A DNA stretch of 11,195 bases. It comes from Arcobacteraceae bacterium. Lineage in GTDB: Bacteria > Campylobacterota > Campylobacteria > Campylobacterales > Arcobacteraceae. Shown here in pieces: positions 7,726-11,195 of the stretch. A program made the position numbers and the translations under genes. The stretch covers positions 1 through 11,195 of the forward strand of contig CBDCZH010000021.1 in NCBI GenBank assembly GCA_965224485.1, in the 5' to 3' direction. Each line of letters opens with the position of its first letter. Position 1 is the first letter of the stretch. The notes beneath the pieces were generated by a model. That model made no database searches, was not told where the DNA came from, and was given only the letters and a program-made list of their open reading frames with translations.

Positions 7726-9069
7726 TTAAATAATTCCGTAAAATTTAGCTAAAATATAACCAATTGTAGAAGAAGTTGAAACTCCAATAATTCCTGGAAT
7801 AATAAAACTATGATTGATAACATATTTACCAATTCTAGTAGTTCCAGATCTATCAAAACTAATTGCAGCTAAATCACTTGGGTAAGTAGGAAGAATATAA
7901 TATCCATAACAAGCAGCAGCAAAAGCAGCAATTATACCAGGATCAACACCTAAAGACAGTGCTAAAGGAACCATAGCAGCTAAAGCAGCACCTTGAGAGT
8001 TTACTAATTTAGATACAAATATTAATACTAATGCGTAAGTCCAAGGATATTGAATTAGAACATCTCCTAAAACTTCTTTGATTTCTCCAATATGAGCACC
8101 AAACATTGTTTTTGTCATCCATGCAACACCATATACAGCAATTAAAGCTACCATACCTGATTTAAATACTTCATTTGAAGCAATTTGTGCTGGTTTAACT
8201 TTTGCAATAAGAAAGATTATAGCTCCTGCACTTAACATAAACATTTGTATTACAAAAACCATAGATAACGCTTTACCATTGATTATTGGTCTTAAAGAAG
8301 GAAAAGCACCTAAGATGGCAACTATAGCAATAGCACCTAAGAAAACCCACATTGCATTCCATTGGTATTGAGGTAAGTCTACACCTTGTAAAGTTTTATC
8401 TTCTCCATAAATGTATTTTTTCATTTCTGGATCTTTTAGTTTTGCTTGAAATTCTTCATCTTTATCTAAATCTTTTCCTCTAAACATAGACCAAATACCA
8501 AGTGCTAAAACACCACATAAAGTTCCTGGAATTGTAATAGATAATAATTGAATTAAATCTAACTCTTTTCCATTTATCATATTATGACCTGATAACATAG
8601 CAACAAGTGAAACAACAGCTACTGATACAGGAGACATAATTATTCCCATTTGTGCTGCAATTGTACTAGCTGCCATTGGTCTCTCTGGTCTTATGTTTCT
8701 TTTTATTGAAATATCATAAATAATAGGAAGCATAGTATAAACTACATGTCCTGTTCCACAAAGAAAAGTAAGTGTTGTAGTTGATAAAGGTCCTAAAATT
8801 GTAATATATTTAGGATGTTTTCTTAAAAGTTTTTCTGCTAATTGAAGCATTACATCTAAACCACCTGAAGCTTGCAGTGTTGCACTTGCTGAAATTACAG
8901 CTAACATAACTAACATAACTTTGATAGGAGGCGCACCTGGTTCTAAACCAAAACCAAATACTAAAATAACTACACCAATTCCTCCAAAAAGTCCTAACGC
9001 TAAGCCACCTTTTCTTGCTCCAAAAAATAGTACGGCTAATACAATAAAAAGTTGTATCGAAAATTCCAT
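7726..9069 (-). CDS. dcuB: Anaerobic C4-dicarboxylate transporter DcuB (DcuA/DcuB family), about 447 aa
   Basis: [75 protein letters not shown] and [17 protein letters not shown] match DcuB rather than DcuA signatures. SD AAGGAG at 9075-9080 favours the second ATG (9069) over 9072. Confidence 0.93.
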   Translation of the reverse strand: MEFSIQLFIVLAVLFFGARKGGLALGLFGGIGVVILVFGFGLEPGAPPIKVMLVMLAVISASATLQASGGLDVMLQLAEKLLRKHPKYITILGPLSTTTLTFLCGTGHVVYTMLPIIYDISIKRNIRPERPMAASTIAAQMGIIMSPVSVAVVSLVAMLSGHNMINGKELDLIQLLSITIPGTLCGVLALGIWSMFRGKDLDKDEEFQAKLKDPEMKKYIYGEDKTLQGVDLPQYQWNAMWVFLGAIAIVAILGAFPSLRPIINGKALSMVFVIQMFMLSAGAIIFLIAKVKPAQIASNEVFKSGMVALIAVYGVAWMTKTMFGAHIGEIKEVLGDVLIQYPWTYALVLIFVSKLVNSQGAALAAMVPLALSLGVDPGIIAAFAAACYGYYILPTYPSDLAAISFDRSGTTRIGKYVINHSFIIPGIIGVSTSSTIGYILAKFYGII

Positions 9070-9123
9070 CATCTCTCCTTCTAAAATATATAAATTTAAT
9101 ACAAATAAATGTATCGATAAAAA

Positions 9124-9157
9124 ATTATATTGCTGTAAAATGACTTTACTATGACAT
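9124..9157 (-). promoter_or_regulatory. Putative activator-dependent dcuB promoter: OmpR/PhoB-type direct repeat plus -10 TATAAT
   Basis: The minus strand reads ATGTCAT-AGTA-AAGTCAT (9157-9140; GTCAT repeated with an 11-bp period), then exactly 10 nt, then TATAAT (9129-9124). Confidence 0.6.
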
Positions 9158-9251
9158 CTTGGAGAATTTAAGTATATTTATTAAATATTTCTAAAATTTA
9201 GAATCTAATTACATAAATTAAATTAATATATTAAATTAATATATTTTTATA

Positions 9252-9257
9252 TATACT
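9252..9257 (+). promoter_or_regulatory. Putative -10 (TATACT) of a leaderless transcript for the sensor kinase
   Basis: TATACT is followed by 6 nt and then ATG 9264. There is no G at all, hence no SD, in the 60 nt upstream of the ATG. Confidence 0.45.
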
Positions 9258-9263
9258 TTATTT

Positions 9264-11195
9264 ATGAATAGAATAAAAAGAATTATATGTTTGTTATTTA
9301 TCTTAAGTACTTTTGTATTATCAAAACAAAATATTCTAATAATAAACTCATATCATAAAGGATATGCCTTTAGTGATGAGATATTGTCAGCTATAGAAAA
9401 ACAATTTTATAAAAACTCCAAAATAGAAACAAATATTTTATATATGGATTCTAAGCGTATTACTAGTAAAGAGTATTTTTCAAATTTAAGAAAACTTTAT
9501 GCAGTTCAATTAAAAAATAGAAAATATGATTTGATTATTGCTATTGATAGGTTTGCTTATGATTTTGTTTTAAACAATTATGAAAAGTTATTTAATAATA
9601 CCCATGTTTTAGCCTTAGGAATTGAAAATTATTCTTCTTTAAAATCAAAAAAATATAATTTAGAAAAAGTTTCTGTTTTATTAGAAAAAAGAGATTTAAA
9701 ATCAAATATAGAATTAATTGAAAAATCTTTTTTAAATTTAAAGACTTTATATATTATAAATGATAAAAGTCTTAATGCAAAACATACAGAACCTCTAATT
9801 CAAGAAGTTTTAAGAAATCATAAGAAAAACTATGAACTTAAGTACTTAAGAGCAAATAACTTAGATGAATTAAAAGAAATGTTTAATACAAAAGACAAAA
9901 CTAAAGCTATTTTGTTTATTCGTTTTTATAAAAATAAAGATGCTTATTTAAATAAGAATCAAGAAATAGCAAGTTTTATTAAATCTTCAAAAGTAGCTGT
10001 TTTTGTAACTGATAGTATTTTTATAAAAACAGGCGCTTTAGCTGGAAAAATTATTGACTTAGAAAAGTTTGGTTTATATGGGGCTTTAATGTCAGAAGAT
10101 ATATTAAAAACTAAAAAAACAAGAATTGAAGTTTTTAAAGATTTAGATTATGTTTTTGATGAACAAAAAAGTAAAGAGTTTTTAATTTTTCCTAAAAAAC
10201 TTCTAAAAGAGTATATATTAGTAAATAAAAATCTTAGTTTTTATGATAAAAATAAAACGTTTATAAGCTTTGTTTTTATCATCTCCCCTTTTTTAATTAT
10301 TTTAATATTTATGCTGATTCATAATATTTATATGAAAAAAAGTATGGAAAAGAAGTTAAAACAAAGAATTAGATTTGATGCGATTTTTATTAAATGCTAT
10401 ACAAAGTCCAATATTCTGGCAAGATGAGAATAGTGTAATTATTGATTTAAATAGCAAGTTTTCTTCTTTAATAAATATTCCTAAAAAAGAATTATATGGT
10501 AAAAAACCACAAGATTTAGCTTCTAATCAAAGTGCCTGCGATATTTTTGCTTATCTTAAAAAGTACCAAGAAAATAGATCTAAATATCATATCTTTAGAT
10601 GTATAAATAAAGATAAAATAAAAAAAAATATATCTTATAAAACAAAAAAAATATTATGATAAGAACCAAAATAAAAATGGCTTTGTAACTATTTTTACGG
10701 ATATTACAGATGAAAGAAATATTCAAAAAGAGAGACAAAGAGAGAAACAGTTTATAATTCAACAATCAAAACTAGCAGAAATAGGAGAGATTTTTTCTTC
10801 AATTGCTCATCAATGGAAATCTCCTTTACTTGAAATAACAACAATAGCACAAGAGAGTTTTTACTCTAATGATTCTTCATTTAAAGAAGATGAGTCTTAT
10901 GTAAATGATATTATGACTCAAGTTAGGTATATGAATGATACTATAAATGATTTTCAAGATTTTATTATGCCTTCAAATAAAAAAGTATATTTTGATGCCT
11001 TAGAAGCTATAAATTCTATTTTGTGTATAGTTGAACATAATATAAAATATAATTATCTTCATATAAACATAGAAGCAAATAAAGATACAAATTTTACGAT
11101 TTATGGATATAAGAATGAGTTTAAACAAGCTTTTTTAAATATAGTTAATAATGCAAAAGATGAACTTTTAAAAAATGAAGTAATAAATAGAAAAA
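9264..11195 (+). pseudogene. PAS-domain sensor histidine kinase with an ABC-substrate-binding-like periplasmic domain, interrupted by two +1 frameshifts (real lesions or sequencing errors), 3'-truncated by the window edge
   Basis: Frame A (9264 to about 10388): signal peptide, ILIINSYHKGY motif, periplasmic domain and TM (FISFVFIISPFLIILIFMLIH). Frame B (about 10389-10627): PAS (LLNAIQSPIFWQD). Frame C (about 10628-11195, absent from the ORF track): IYLIKQKKYYD...GFVTIFTDITDER, H-box QQSKLAEIGEIFSSIAHQWKSPL (His codon 10808-10810) and N-box NEFKQAFLNIVNNAKD. Confidence 0.88.

Noticed and set aside
8921..9154. 77-aa plus-strand ORF
   Set aside because: Antisense to the dcuB 5' end. The Pro/Lys richness mirrors dcuB Gly/Phe codons.
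10375..10659. 94-aa ORF as an independent gene
   Set aside because: It is the PAS segment of the frameshifted kinase and has no SD.
1..11195. CRISPR array, IS/integrase, tRNA/rRNA, recoded stop codons
   Set aside because: No spaced repeats, terminal inverted repeats, transposase motifs or GC-rich structured RNA were seen by eye, and the conserved genes have no in-frame stops. An Rfam/Infernal scan was not possible.

Overview
Very AT-rich chromosomal window. The gene content and promoter style suggest Campylobacterota, probably Arcobacter-like (inference, not a database result). The + strand starts with a 5'-truncated multi-pass membrane protein, an AEC-family permease and a SIMPL-domain protein. 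A convergent minus-strand cluster follows: alaS, a CopD-like membrane protein, an NlpC/P60 lipoprotein and a glycoside-hydrolase-like ORF. That last ORF is about twice as long as the ORF track shows, and its only well-placed start is a non-canonical ATC behind a clear Shine-Dalgarno (SD). trxA is divergent from alaS and shares a bidirectional terminator with dcuB. Divergent from dcuB is a sensor histidine kinase (periplasmic substrate-binding-like domain, TM, PAS, HisKA, start of HATPase) split by two +1 frameshifts and running off the window. The dcuB promoter has a Pho-box-like direct repeat exactly 10 nt upstream of a TATAAT. Together these suggest a non-DcuS-type two-component system controlling C4-dicarboxylate transport. 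No rRNA, tRNA, CRISPR array or mobile element was seen.
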